Source: a virus
Virus record (IMG/VR): IMGVR_UViG_3300042691_015921
Strand: one strand, 5' to 3'
Length of the DNA stretch: 64,000 nucleotides
Position numbers and translations under genes: made by a program. The notes below the pieces were generated by a model that was given only the letters and a program-made list of their open reading frames with translations, had not been told where the DNA came from and did not search any database. Of this stretch, positions 33,711 to 44,725 are shown one piece after another (the first letter of the stretch is position 1; each line of letters starts with the position of its first letter).

Positions 33711-34771
33711 GTTGCGGACAGAATTGTAATTGCAATTGCAAGAAAGCTATTATTACTGGAATAACCGGACAGGACGGATCACATCTCGCTGACTTTCTTT
33801 TATCAAGAGGATATAAGGTTGTTGGCATAACCCGACGTTCTTCTACTGATAATACCGGTAGGATTAAACACCTTCTTGACCATCCTAATTTTAAATTAGT
33901 GGATGGAGATATTACTGATTATTCTAGTATTGTAAATGTATTACTAAAATATGCCCCAAGACAAAAAGTATGTGAATTCTATAATCTTGCGGCACAATCA
34001 CACGTTGCCGTTTCTTTTAAACAGCCCGGATTAACATGGGATGTTACCGCCAAAGGATGTTTAAATATTCTACAGGCTATTGTTGATTTGCAGTTAACCA
34101 ACAATGTCAAATTCTATCAAGCCAGTAGTAGTGAAATGTTTGGTAAAAATTACGATGTTGTTGATGGTAAGAAAGTTCAAAGTGAAACTACAAGATTTTT
34201 GCCACAAAGCCCATACGCAATAGCAAAATGTGCCGCTCATGAGGCTGTAAGACTCTATCGTGAAGCGTATGGAATACATGCTAGTGCCGGAATATTATTT
34301 AACCACGAAGGGCCAAGGCGTGGAGAAACTTTCGTTACACGCAAGATTACAAAGTGGATTGGGGATTTTTGTAAACATATAGTGTCCAACGGAGTCGAAG
34401 TACCATTTCCGAAGCTACGTCTAGGGAATCTTGAAGCATTTAGAGATTGGGGGTACGCAGGAGATTACGTGGAAGCCATGTGGATGATGTTACAACAGGA
34501 TATTCCTGATGATTATGTCATTTGTACTGGTGAAACTCATTCTATTCGGGAGTTCTTAGACGTAGCCTTTAATAGAATTGGCATTAGGGACTGGTCAGAA
34601 TATGTAGTACAAGACCCAGAATTTTATAGACCGGCAGAAGTAGACTATCTACTAGGTGATAACACAAAGGCCACAAATAAATTAGGATGGAGGCCAAAGA
34701 CTTCCTTTGAGGAACTTGTATCAATGATGCTACAACATGATTTAAATAATGAATTACAAAGTAGTTGTTAA
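33707..34771 (+). CDS. gmd: GDP-mannose 4,6-dehydratase
   Basis: ITGITGQDGS, NLAAQSHV, YQASSSEMFG, SPYAIAK, LFNHE.PRRGETFVTRKIT, RPAEVD.LLGD. Confidence 0.96.
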   Translation: MSCGQNCNCNCKKAIITGITGQDGSHLADFLLSRGYKVVGITRRSSTDNTGRIKHLLDHPNFKLVDGDITDYSSIVNVLLKYAPRQKVCEFYNLAAQSHVAVSFKQPGLTWDVTAKGCLNILQAIVDLQLTNNVKFYQASSSEMFGKNYDVVDGKKVQSETTRFLPQSPYAIAKCAAHEAVRLYREAYGIHASAGILFNHEGPRRGETFVTRKITKWIGDFCKHIVSNGVEVPFPKLRLGNLEAFRDWGYAGDYVEAMWMMLQQDIPDDYVICTGETHSIREFLDVAFNRIGIRDWSEYVVQDPEFYRPAEVDYLLGDNTKATNKLGWRPKTSFEELVSMMLQHDLNNELQSSC

Positions 34772-35000
34772 TATGCTGAGAATACTGCCCAAGATAAAAA
34801 AGCTTGGGTTTAAGCTTGGAGTTTTCAATAAAGATTCTCTAACGCTAGATATACAGGCAGACAATCCCGACGATGCTTGTTATTTTGCATATAAACTATT
34901 TTGTGATTGTATAACGGAACAATCTTCTTCTCATGAAACTAAGAATCTATTAAAAGAGTTAAAAGATGATTTTCATGTTGTGAGTTTAACAAGACAATGA
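34749..35000 (+). CDS. hypothetical protein
   Basis: ORF with overlaps at both ends. Confidence 0.55.
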   Translation: MNYKVVVNMLRILPKIKKLGFKLGVFNKDSLTLDIQADNPDDACYFAYKLFCDCITEQSSSHETKNLLKELKDDFHVVSLTRQ

Positions 35001-35272
35001 GAAATTATGAAGATCCAATATATGCAGAGGTTCGAAAGCGTTCATTAAAGCGGGATAAATATAAATGCCAGATGCCCGGATGTAAGTGCAAGAAAAGGTT
35101 AGAATCTCATCATATTATTCCTTGGAGTAAAGCGGCATATTTGAGATATGATGTAAATAATTTGATTACTTTATGTTATGCCTGTCATAAATCAATAAAA
35201 GATCAAGAACACTTATATCAATCTTTATTCATGGAAATAGTTAAGAACAATGAAAATAATAAGAGACACTAG
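34997..35272 (+). CDS. small HNH endonuclease
   Basis: RDKYKCQ...HHI.PWS...NLITLC..CH. Confidence 0.85.
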   Translation: MRNYEDPIYAEVRKRSLKRDKYKCQMPGCKCKKRLESHHIIPWSKAAYLRYDVNNLITLCYACHKSIKDQEHLYQSLFMEIVKNNENNKRH

Positions 35273-35714
35273 AGAACGTAATGGATGGGATTTTCCTTTT
35301 ACTGATGTGGAGATTTCCCAAAGGAAATTAGACTCTGGTGATTATACAACAGAGATACTTGAAGACTTTGTTGTAATAGAGAGAAAAGCCACCGCAACTG
35401 AATTAGCTAATAATTTAGGAAAGCGTACAGCTAAAGCTAGATTCTACCGCGAATTTGACCGGATGGTTAATTTACGGAAAGCTTATATTGTTTGTGAGTT
35501 TCCAGAATCTAATATTTACGAATTTCCAAAGAACTCGGGAATGTCATTAGCACAAATGGCTAAAGTCAAACTTAATGGCAAATATCTAGCGAAGCTAGTA
35601 TCGCAGATAAGCTTAGATTATCCTAACATAGAAGTGGTATTCTGTCAAGACCGGGATAGTGCGGAAAACTTTACATACGATACTCTCAAGTCATGGGAAG
35701 AAGAAATCAGATGA
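35250..35714 (+). CDS. ERCC4-domain nuclease
   Basis: IIRDTRE...LDSGDY...VIERK. Confidence 0.8.
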   Translation: MKIIRDTRERNGWDFPFTDVEISQRKLDSGDYTTEILEDFVVIERKATATELANNLGKRTAKARFYREFDRMVNLRKAYIVCEFPESNIYEFPKNSGMSLAQMAKVKLNGKYLAKLVSQISLDYPNIEVVFCQDRDSAENFTYDTLKSWEEEIR

Positions 35715-36343
35715 AAAATGATAAAGACTTACTACACGATTTACACAATTATAGTGCCAATATCAATACAAGAGAGATATTCCTACATAATTCTTTAATG
35801 TCGGACGATAACCAAAATCCCGGCGTGGAATATAAAATGGCTACCGCATTTATTAAAAATATAAGGGTACTGGAAGGCCGGTCATCTGATCCAATTAAAA
35901 TTCATATGCAAAGTATTGGCGGGGAATGGGCTGATGGGATGGCAATATATGACGCTATCACGATGTGTAAATCTCATGTTACTATTATCGCCTATGGTCA
36001 AGCGGAGTCAATGAGTAGTATTATCTTACAAGCGGCAGATGAGCGGCTAATTACCCCGAATACATACTTTATGTGTCACTTTGGTAGTTCTTATGGGGGT
36101 GGTGATTTCCAAAACGTTCATAATTGGATGGAACAAGACCGGAAGTTTTTACATGTAATGATGGATATATACACCCGAAAATGTGTGGATGGGGAGTTCT
36201 TCAAAGACAAGTTTAATAAAAAGCCGACAGAAAATCAAGTAAAACAATATCTAATGAGAAAGCTTAAGTCTGGAGACTGGTATCTAAGTGCAAAAGAAGC
36301 GGTCTATTATGGCTTTGCAGATAGGGTAGTGACCTCATGGTAA
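35711..36343 (+). CDS. clpP: ClpP-family serine protease
   Basis: SIGG, GQAESMSSIILQA (Ser), FMCH (His), DWYLSAKEAV.YG.AD (Asp). Confidence 0.85.
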   Translation: MKNDKDLLHDLHNYSANINTREIFLHNSLMSDDNQNPGVEYKMATAFIKNIRVLEGRSSDPIKIHMQSIGGEWADGMAIYDAITMCKSHVTIIAYGQAESMSSIILQAADERLITPNTYFMCHFGSSYGGGDFQNVHNWMEQDRKFLHVMMDIYTRKCVDGEFFKDKFNKKPTENQVKQYLMRKLKSGDWYLSAKEAVYYGFADRVVTSW

Positions 36344-39300
36344 ATGTAGAGATTAAAGACAGAACTGTTATAACAGAACTTAATAATGCATGGTTAAATC
36401 TAAATGTAGATGACCGGTTTATAATTAATCCTCTAGATAGACTAAAGACAGATGACCCGGAGGAATTTTATAAGCGACTAACTTGCTTATTTATGAACCC
36501 GGAATACTTTTCATTTATATGCAAGCATTTACTAAATATCGACCTATTACCAATGCAGGCGTTGATATTACAAGAGATGTGGAATAGAAAATTTCCAATG
36601 CTTGTGGGGACAAGAGGGCTGGGGAAAGCGATTAGGCCAGATGAAAAAATTAGGGTTAAAAATGGATGGAAGTCGATGCGTGATATCGAAGTTGGTGATC
36701 ATGTATATAGCTCTGATGGAACCTTATGCAATGTTATTTACAAGACAGAGTTGCAAAAAAATCTAGTAATGTATCGCATCTCATTAAGAGATGGCAGGAC
36801 CATAGACTGCTGTGAAGATCATATGTGGAAAGTATGGGATAAGAATAAAAACCAAGATCCAAAAAATCCCACTATATGGTCAGAGTTAAAAACAAAGGAC
36901 TTAGCAGATAATTATTTCTACGTGAGAAAAGATAGTAAATCTAAGACTCCAAAAGTCTGCAAAGAATACAGATATGCTTTACCAGTTAATAAGGCATTAA
37001 TGAATGAGGAAGAGTCTATTTTGCCATTGCATCCGTATGTTGTTGGCGTTTTATTAGGAGATGGAACATTAACGCAAAATGCAATTGTCATATCATCTAG
37101 GGATTCGGAATTACTAGATAGATTTCAATCGCTATTGCCTTATGGTTATGTATTGAAGGCACGAAACGATATAGACTATGCAATTATAAGATCTGATAAG
37201 AAGGTTTTACCATTTCATCATTTATGTAGAGAAGTTAAAATCTGGGGACATAATTCACATACAAAATTCATTCCAGACCTATATAAGTTTGCATCTTATA
37301 ATCAGAAGCTTGAGTTAATAAAAGGACTAATGGATACAGACGGATGGTCCGATTGTAGAACAATAGAGTATTATACAGTTTCAGAAAAGCTTTGTAATGA
37401 CTTCATGGATGTAATTAGGTCATTAGGTATTTCTTGCAGCAAAAAAATCAAACCGTCATATATAGGAAAAAGAAGATACGCAGACTGTTATAAAATAAGG
37501 ATCTATACTGATCAAGGAATATTTTCTTTAACAAGAAAGCTATCGTATCTGAATCATAAAAAATCAAAAGCTGGTGAGTCTAAATATGAAAAGATTTTTA
37601 TCACAAATATTGAGCGAATTGAAAACGCAGAGGGATACTGCATAAAAGTGGATAGTCTAGATAGTACATATATCACCAAAGATTATATAGTAACTCACAA
37701 TACGTTTCTTCTATCGCTATATTGTATACTACGTGCATCACTGATACCAAACAGAAAAATTGTAGTAGTAGGTTCAGCATTCAGACAGTCAAAGTATCTT
37801 CATGATTATATGGAGAACATATGGAAGAATGCACCAATATTAAGAGACATGTGTGACAGTAATAGTGGCCCAAGAAGAGACGTTGATATGTGCAAAATGA
37901 CGATTAATGGAAGCACCATATCGGCGTTACCTATCGGGGACGGTCAAAAAATTCGCGGACAGCGAGCCAATGATATTGTCGCGGATGAGTTTGCGAGCAT
38001 GTCCCGAGAAGTTTTTGAAAATGTTATCGCCGGCTTCGCGGCCGTTTCTGCCTCTCCAGTAGAAAACGTTAAAAGAATGGCTATGGAAGCAAAAGCCCTA
38101 GAAATGGGTATTGATCCATCTTCACTTTATGGAGAGAAAAAAATACTTGAAGCTGCTAAAAGCAATCAAATTATCATATCTGGAACAGCATATTACGAAT
38201 TTAATCATTTTGCCGAATACTGGAAAAGATGGAAGACTATCATAGAAACTCGCGGCGATAGAAAAGCGATAATGAACAATGTATTTAATGGCGAGGAAAT
38301 ACCTCCTTCTTTTAAATGGGATGATTATTCTATTATCAGAATACCGGTCGATTTAGTACCAAGAGGATTCATGGATGAAGGACAAATCGCACGTTCTAAA
38401 GCAACTATTCATAATGGCCTCTATCTTATGGAGTTTGGTGCTGTATTTACAAAAGATAGTAAAGGATTTTTCAAGAGAAGTTTAATTGAGTCTTGTGTTG
38501 GAACAGATTCAAAGCCCGTAAAGATTGCAAGCGGGGATATATACTTTGATCCTCTTTTACGTGGAAATAAAAATGAAAAGTATGTCATGGCTATTGACCC
38601 GGCGTCAGAAGTAGATAATTTTAGTATTATTATTCTAGAACTCCATCAAGACCATAGGCGGGTTGTACATTGTTGGACCACTACAAGAAAAGATCATACA
38701 GAGCGTGTAAAGAAAGGTCTGACTAAAGAGAATAACTTCTATAGCTATTGTGCAAGAAAAATTAGAGATTTAATGAACTTATTCCAAATTGTGCATATTG
38801 CTATGGACGCACAGGGCGGCGGTTATTCAGTTGCGGAAGCATTACATGATAATAGTCAATTACAGCCCGGAGAGATTGCTATTTGGCCGATCATTGATGA
38901 AGAAAAACCACAGCCGTCAGATGATCAGCCAGGATTACATATTTTAGAGATGTGTCAATTTGCCAAGTATGATTGGTATTCTGACGCTAACCATGGACTA
39001 CGTAAAGACTTAGAAGATAAAACATTACTATTCCCAAGATTTGATCCAGTTACTATAGGTTTATCAATTGAAGAAGATAAAGCAAATAATAGACTTTATG
39101 ATACATTAGAAGATTGTGTCATGGAAATTGAAGAACTTAAGAATGAACTATCATTAATTGAAGTTAGTGAGAGTATAAATGGACGTATGCGATGGGACAC
39201 CCCAGAAGTTAAAGTAGGGGTTGGCAAAAAACAAAGAATGCGTAAGGATAGATATTCCGCATTAATTATGGCAAATATGGCGGGAAGAAATATTGACCTT

Positions 39301-39426
39301 GGCGAAAAGCAGGCGACATATTCTGCCTACGGTGGATTTGCCGTAAAGAGCAACGCACAGAGATTTGAAGGTGCTACATTTTCTGGTCCCAACTGGTTTA
39401 CTTCACAAATGAATAACATTTACTAA
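36337..39426 (+). CDS. terL: terminase large subunit with an intein
   Basis: Walker A GTRGLGK|T split by the intein; Walker B IVADE; nuclease-domain MAIDPAS. Confidence 0.9.
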   Translation: MVNVEIKDRTVITELNNAWLNLNVDDRFIINPLDRLKTDDPEEFYKRLTCLFMNPEYFSFICKHLLNIDLLPMQALILQEMWNRKFPMLVGTRGLGKAIRPDEKIRVKNGWKSMRDIEVGDHVYSSDGTLCNVIYKTELQKNLVMYRISLRDGRTIDCCEDHMWKVWDKNKNQDPKNPTIWSELKTKDLADNYFYVRKDSKSKTPKVCKEYRYALPVNKALMNEEESILPLHPYVVGVLLGDGTLTQNAIVISSRDSELLDRFQSLLPYGYVLKARNDIDYAIIRSDKKVLPFHHLCREVKIWGHNSHTKFIPDLYKFASYNQKLELIKGLMDTDGWSDCRTIEYYTVSEKLCNDFMDVIRSLGISCSKKIKPSYIGKRRYADCYKIRIYTDQGIFSLTRKLSYLNHKKSKAGESKYEKIFITNIERIENAEGYCIKVDSLDSTYITKDYIVTHNTFLLSLYCILRASLIPNRKIVVVGSAFRQSKYLHDYMENIWKNAPILRDMCDSNSGPRRDVDMCKMTINGSTISALPIGDGQKIRGQRANDIVADEFASMSREVFENVIAGFAAVSASPVENVKRMAMEAKALEMGIDPSSLYGEKKILEAAKSNQIIISGTAYYEFNHFAEYWKRWKTIIETRGDRKAIMNNVFNGEEIPPSFKWDDYSIIRIPVDLVPRGFMDEGQIARSKATIHNGLYLMEFGAVFTKDSKGFFKRSLIESCVGTDSKPVKIASGDIYFDPLLRGNKNEKYVMAIDPASEVDNFSIIILELHQDHRRVVHCWTTTRKDHTERVKKGLTKENNFYSYCARKIRDLMNLFQIVHIAMDAQGGGYSVAEALHDNSQLQPGEIAIWPIIDEEKPQPSDDQPGLHILEMCQFAKYDWYSDANHGLRKDLEDKTLLFPRFDPVTIGLSIEEDKANNRLYDTLEDCVMEIEELKNELSLIEVSESINGRMRWDTPEVKVGVGKKQRMRKDRYSALIMANMAGRNIDLGEKQATYSAYGGFAVKSNAQRFEGATFSGPNWFTSQMNNIY
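36628..37701 (+). mobile_element. 358-aa class 3 intein with LAGLIDADG endonuclease
   Basis: Starts with Ala (AIRPD) and ends VTHN before Thr; VGVLLGDG and KGLMDTDG motifs; W/C/T triplet. Confidence 0.9.
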
Positions 39427-39491
39427 TTTATATGGAGTATAATAAACAGTTAGATCGCATTTCGAATCCATACAGATTGATATAGAAGAGG

Positions 39492-41591
39492 ATGAAAATG
39501 GCAGAAGATAATAAAACACCAGACAAAACACCATATATATTTTGGACTTCGGCAGAAGATCAACAGACCGCTTTTGATAAGACTGTTGGCAATGTCGATA
39601 GTTATGACGGAATTATGACATCTAATGCCGCTAGTCGTCGCTCACATATTGATATTGAGCCAAATATATCAGTCAGAACTGACTTTCTTAAGGACGATTA
39701 TTATCGCTTTCGTCCATTTGAAGAACCGGCTAGTAACTTTAAACAAGCCATGTCCATGTGCATGAAAGCATATGAGAGGGTTGGAATAGTTAAGAACGTG
39801 ATTGATCTCATGGGAGATTTTGGATCACAGGGAATTACATTAAATCATCCTAATAAAAAGATAGAAAGATTTTATCGTAGATGGTTTAAGAAGGTAAAAG
39901 GAGAAGAACGCTCTGAGAGATTTTTAAATATGTTATATCGTTGCGGAAACGTAGTGATACAAAAACGTTATGGAAAAATCTCCAAGAAACAGGAGCGTAA
40001 TTTATCTAAAGCTGGAGACTCAATAGAATTAAAAGATCTTGGAGTTTTAAAACGTGAAATACCTCTTAAATATGATTTTCTCAACCCTTTAATGATTGAT
40101 GTTGAGGGTGGATATGCCGGTGCTTTTAGCGGCGATAAAAAGTTTAAGATGAAGATTAGTAATTCTGTACGTAAATCATTTGAAAAGAATGGTAAATATA
40201 TAGAGAATCTCCCTTCTCAAATAAAAAAGGCATTAGAAAAACAAGAGAGTTACATTAAACTAGATAGTGATACTATTGAAGTATTTTACTATAAGAAGGA
40301 TGATTGGGAGTTGTGGGCAAACCCAATGATCAACGCTATTATTGATGATATTATAATGCTAGAAAAAATGAAGCTAGCTGATATGTCCGCTCTAGATGGT
40401 GCTATTTCAAATATCAGACTTTGGAGATTAGGTAATCTAGAACATAAGATTTTACCAAACAAAGGTGCTATTGATAAACTACGTAATATTTTAGCGAGCA
40501 ACGTTGGCGGCGGAACAATGGATTTAGTTTGGGGTCCAGAAATTGACTTTAAAGAAAGTAATACTCAGATATATAAATTTCTTGGTTCTGAAAAATACCA
40601 GCCAGTTCTTAATAGTATTTATGCCGGTCTTGGTATTCCTCCAACTCTAACTGGATTGGCCGGTCAGTCGGGTGGATTTACTAACAATTTTATTTCTTTA
40701 AAAACGCTCATTGAAAGGCTAGAATATGGCCGCGATCTACTTTATGAATTCTGGGAAAAAGAAATAGAATATGTACAAAAGGCTATGGGTTTTAGTACCC
40801 CTGCCACATTACACTTTGAGCATATGATTTTATCAGATGAAACGGCCGAAAAGAATCTATTAATGCAGTTAGTTGATAGAGATATTATCTCCGTTGAAAC
40901 TCTTAGAGAAAGACTTGGCGAACTTAACGACGTTGAAAACTCTAGAATTAAAACAGAAGCAAGAAAGAGATATCAAAGACAAATGCCTCCAAAAGCAGAT
41001 CCATTCCATAATGGCAATGCGGATTCTGAATACAGAAAGATTGCCTTACAAAGAGGCGAAATTGGAATTGATGATGTAACAACTCTAAAGCCAAAAGAAC
41101 AAAGTCCAATAAGTACTCCTCCCGGATTACAAAATAATAAAAAGTCTCCAAATAATAATGGCAGACCAAAGTTTGCTCAAGATACAAAACCAAGAAAACA
41201 AAAGAGAGTATTACCAAAGAGTAAACCAGCACTTGCATCTCTTTTAGTTTGGAGTGCAGAAGCACAAAAGGTAATTTCTAATATAATTAATCCGGCAATG
41301 TTAAATCATTATAATAAGAAAAATCTTAGAGAATTAACAAAGGCCGAATTAACAGATTTGGAAGAAATAAAATTTAGAGTATTATGTAGCTTAACTCCAT
41401 ACGATTTAATAAATGAAGAAAAAATAGCTTTAATTCTAGAAAATAATCCGAAGGTAAGTCCATCTCAAAACGAGATGAAGACTCAATTAAAAGCGGAATT
41501 TATAGAAAATCAAGGCAGAACGCCATCTATAGATGAATTACGACAGATATATAATTTAACTTATTCATTCGATTTTTTTACAGAAAAATAA
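39492..41591 (+). CDS. portal protein
   Basis: Follows terL; AYERVGIVKNVIDLM, IYAGLGIP and LIERLE..R portal-like motifs. Confidence 0.8.
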   Translation: MKMAEDNKTPDKTPYIFWTSAEDQQTAFDKTVGNVDSYDGIMTSNAASRRSHIDIEPNISVRTDFLKDDYYRFRPFEEPASNFKQAMSMCMKAYERVGIVKNVIDLMGDFGSQGITLNHPNKKIERFYRRWFKKVKGEERSERFLNMLYRCGNVVIQKRYGKISKKQERNLSKAGDSIELKDLGVLKREIPLKYDFLNPLMIDVEGGYAGAFSGDKKFKMKISNSVRKSFEKNGKYIENLPSQIKKALEKQESYIKLDSDTIEVFYYKKDDWELWANPMINAIIDDIIMLEKMKLADMSALDGAISNIRLWRLGNLEHKILPNKGAIDKLRNILASNVGGGTMDLVWGPEIDFKESNTQIYKFLGSEKYQPVLNSIYAGLGIPPTLTGLAGQSGGFTNNFISLKTLIERLEYGRDLLYEFWEKEIEYVQKAMGFSTPATLHFEHMILSDETAEKNLLMQLVDRDIISVETLRERLGELNDVENSRIKTEARKRYQRQMPPKADPFHNGNADSEYRKIALQRGEIGIDDVTTLKPKEQSPISTPPGLQNNKKSPNNNGRPKFAQDTKPRKQKRVLPKSKPALASLLVWSAEAQKVISNIINPAMLNHYNKKNLRELTKAELTDLEEIKFRVLCSLTPYDLINEEKIALILENNPKVSPSQNEMKTQLKAEFIENQGRTPSIDELRQIYNLTYSFDFFTEK

Positions 41592-41636
41592 CTTAAATTA
41601 TGTTTTTTGGAGTATTACAAATAGAAAGGCAACAAT

Positions 41637-43142
41637 ATGAAAATATATGAACACGAAAAATCAGACGGCATTGCAGAAGCTATAGAACAAAATAATTCTA
41701 TTGCTTTTGAATGTGATATTCTCAGCAAGGAGATAGTATCTCCTGGCAATATCTTTTCGTCTTTCGCAAGTTTGTATAAGGATGCCGAAAAACAAAACGA
41801 TTTATACTATTTGAATTCCATACTTGTTTCAGCCGGTTGGAACAAAAATGACGATGTATTTGGCGTTAATGAGTTATGGGTTGCTCGCAATACTCCCGTA
41901 AACAAACAATTTAACTATATGCATGATGATACTGATATCATCGGACATATAACCGGATCTATGGTTGTAGATCACGACGGTAATGAAGTTAAACATAATA
42001 CAGACCCCTCTTCTTTACCAGAAAAACTTGATATTATAACAAGTGCTGTTATTTATAAAACATGGTCTGATCCAGTAATGAGACAAAGGATTGAAGAATT
42101 AACACAAGAAATAGACAATGGCTTATGGTCCGTTTCTATGGAATGTGTATTCAACAACTTTGATTATGCTATCATCGCACCAAATAATGAACAAAAAGTT
42201 TTGTCCAGAACGGAAGCTTCTTCCTTTCTAACAAAGCATCTAAGGGCTTATGGTGGAACTGGACAATATAACGGATACAAGATAGGAAGACTTTTAAGAG
42301 GTTTTTATTTCTCTGGAAAAGGTTTAGTCGAAAAGCCAGCTAATCCAAGAAGTATCATTCTTAACAAGGAAGTCAATCCTTTTAATAGTAAGGCTGATGT
42401 AACCTTTTACAATTTTTTAACTGCGATGGAGAATCATAATATGAGTGATATTACCATGCCGGTTGAAGACTTAAAGGATCAACTCTCTAGCAAAGCTAGT
42501 GTTGAACCCGAATCTACAACCGAACATACAATTGAGCCATCAGTAGATGTTACATCTGCCGATGAATCAGTTTTAGCCGAGAAAGACCAGCTTATTACAT
42601 CTCTTCAAGCCAAGGTAAAAGAATTAGAAGATTCTGTTGCCGGTATGAATGGCGATAAAGACAAGATGATGAAAGAAGCCGAGGCTGTAAAGAAAGAAAT
42701 GATGAAGAAAGAAGAAGAACTCAAAGGGATGAAAGATAAATATACTGCCATGCTCAAAGAAATGAAGGGCATGAAGCGTATGGCATCCCTTATTGAAGCC
42801 GGTGCCAATGAAGAAAAAGCCGCAAAGATTGTTGAAGATTTTTCTGATGCGTCAGATGAAATGTTCACATCAGTCGTTGCTCTTTTAGCTGATAAGAAAC
42901 CGGTTGTACAATCAGAACCGGAAAAAAAGTCAGAGCCTGCTCCTGTTGATTTTGGATCAGAGGATGCGGCAAGTGATGAAGACGAAGAAGCTGATGCTTC
43001 CGAGTTGGATAGTGTCGAGGGCGTTACTGAGGCTTCCTTAGCAAACCCTGAATCAGATCAAGAAAATCAGAACACTGCTATTGCTTCTGCCGCTTCTTGG
43101 TTGCGTAAATCGGTTTTACAATCCACTAAAAATCTTAAGTGA
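41637..43142 (+). CDS. prohead protease with scaffold-like C-terminus
   Basis: WNKNDD.F, NYMH...IIGH, VSMEC, G.GLV.KPA; acidic coiled-coil tail. Confidence 0.75.
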   Translation: MKIYEHEKSDGIAEAIEQNNSIAFECDILSKEIVSPGNIFSSFASLYKDAEKQNDLYYLNSILVSAGWNKNDDVFGVNELWVARNTPVNKQFNYMHDDTDIIGHITGSMVVDHDGNEVKHNTDPSSLPEKLDIITSAVIYKTWSDPVMRQRIEELTQEIDNGLWSVSMECVFNNFDYAIIAPNNEQKVLSRTEASSFLTKHLRAYGGTGQYNGYKIGRLLRGFYFSGKGLVEKPANPRSIILNKEVNPFNSKADVTFYNFLTAMENHNMSDITMPVEDLKDQLSSKASVEPESTTEHTIEPSVDVTSADESVLAEKDQLITSLQAKVKELEDSVAGMNGDKDKMMKEAEAVKKEMMKKEEELKGMKDKYTAMLKEMKGMKRMASLIEAGANEEKAAKIVEDFSDASDEMFTSVVALLADKKPVVQSEPEKKSEPAPVDFGSEDAASDEDEEADASELDSVEGVTEASLANPESDQENQNTAIASAASWLRKSVLQSTKNLK

Positions 43143-43155
43143 TAGGGAGATTAAT

Positions 43156-43608
43156 ATGGCTCTTAAAGGTGATCGTTACGAATTAGATACAGACATTTCA
43201 TTTTTTATGAACGAAACCGCCGCCCGTGGCGTCGTTGTTTCAGTTAGTACACAGGGTTCTGGTTCTGCTATGGATAGTGCTGCTGCATTAGTTACAGTTG
43301 CTGCTAATCCATCAGGTGCCAATCCACTTGGTATTCTCCTAAACGATGTAGTTAATATCGACCTAACCCGTCAGCACCTAAACCAGCATAAGGATGAAGT
43401 ACAACAGGGAGGTAAGGTTACTATTCTTACCAAGGGTAATGTTGTTACTGATAGAATCAGTGGTACACCAACCGCTGGAGGCGTAGCTTATCTTGCTGCA
43501 AGTGGTTTAATTTCTACCTCTCAGGCAACCGGGGCACCAGCTATCGGACGTTTCCTTTCAACAAAGGACGCCGATGGTTATGCTAAAGTTGCTGTCAACC
43601 TTCCATGA
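43156..43608 (+). CDS. capsid decoration/minor head protein
   Basis: Small Gly/Ala-rich protein between protease and capsid genes; GGGAGA RBS. Confidence 0.7.
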   Translation: MALKGDRYELDTDISFFMNETAARGVVVSVSTQGSGSAMDSAAALVTVAANPSGANPLGILLNDVVNIDLTRQHLNQHKDEVQQGGKVTILTKGNVVTDRISGTPTAGGVAYLAASGLISTSQATGAPAIGRFLSTKDADGYAKVAVNLP

Positions 43609-43636
43609 ACTTAATAAGAAATAGGAGAATATAAAT

Positions 43637-44647
43637 ATGTCATTTCTAACTAAACCCGATGCTGAATTTATTCAGTTACTAAAGCGTACCGCCAGTGCAG
43701 ATCGCAACGAAGCAGGAATAGCTATGGCTGAACTTGCTAAGGCTATCGAACTGCCATTACGTGACGGTATCATGGTTGGCGATATTGCCAGCAACATCTA
43801 TGAAAGAATTCCAATGGCTCCGGGAAGTTCAACAGAATTCCCCCTTGATCTTCTTTCCCCTGGTGAAGAAGCTGATTTCGCCGCTTATGTTGCCCCAGCA
43901 CACGGTCGTATTCCTGAAAGAACAGTTGAAGGCGATTACGTCATGGTGCCCACATACACCGTAACAAACGCTATTGACTGGCTACTTCGTTATGCCCGTG
44001 AAGCCCGTTGGGACATTGTTGCCCGTGCAACACAGGTTCTTGAAGCTGGCTTCGTCAAGAAGATGAATGACGATGCTTGGCATACACTTCTTGCCGCTGG
44101 CGTTGATCGTAACATCCTAGTTTATGATGCCGATGCTGCTGCCGGTCAGTTTACAAAGCGTCTTGTCAGTCTTCTAAAGGTTGTCATGCGTCGTAATGCC
44201 GGTGGTAATAGTGCATCAATTAAGCGTGGTAGACTAACCGATCTCTATCTTTCACCAGAAGGTGTTGAAGATATGAGAAATTGGGGAATCGACCAGCTTG
44301 ACGACACTAGTCGTAGAGAAGTTTATGTTGCTAATGATGATGCCGGTTCAGTTTCTCGCGTCTTTAATGTTAATCTCCACGCGATTGACGAACTTGGCGA
44401 AGGTCAAGAATATCAGGTTTACTACTCAAGTAACCTAAGTGGTACTCTTGGTCCAAGCAGTGACGTTGAACTAGTTGTTGGTCTAGATCTTGCTGCTAAC
44501 GATAGCTTCGTTATGCCAGTCAAGCAAGAAGTAACAATCTTCGAAGACCCAACTCTCCATCGTCAGCAACGTGCTGGCCTTTATGGCTTTGCCGAAATTG
44601 GCTTTGGCGTTCTAGATAATCGTAGAGTAATCCTCGGAAGTTTCTGA
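43637..44647 (+). CDS. major capsid protein
   Basis: Size, position, strong AGGAG RBS, biased codon usage and a downstream terminator. Confidence 0.85.
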   Translation: MSFLTKPDAEFIQLLKRTASADRNEAGIAMAELAKAIELPLRDGIMVGDIASNIYERIPMAPGSSTEFPLDLLSPGEEADFAAYVAPAHGRIPERTVEGDYVMVPTYTVTNAIDWLLRYAREARWDIVARATQVLEAGFVKKMNDDAWHTLLAAGVDRNILVYDADAAAGQFTKRLVSLLKVVMRRNAGGNSASIKRGRLTDLYLSPEGVEDMRNWGIDQLDDTSRREVYVANDDAGSVSRVFNVNLHAIDELGEGQEYQVYYSSNLSGTLGPSSDVELVVGLDLAANDSFVMPVKQEVTIFEDPTLHRQQRAGLYGFAEIGFGVLDNRRVILGSF

Positions 44648-44670
44648 GGATTGTTCTTGATGGTCACTCT

Positions 44671-44707
44671 GGGGGAGTGGGGAGATATCCTCCCCCTCCC
44701 CTTTTTT
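44671..44707 (+). terminator. intrinsic terminator after the capsid gene
   Basis: G-rich/C-rich stem followed by TTTTTT. Confidence 0.75.
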
Positions 44708-44725
44708 ATTATTTAAGGATTAATT

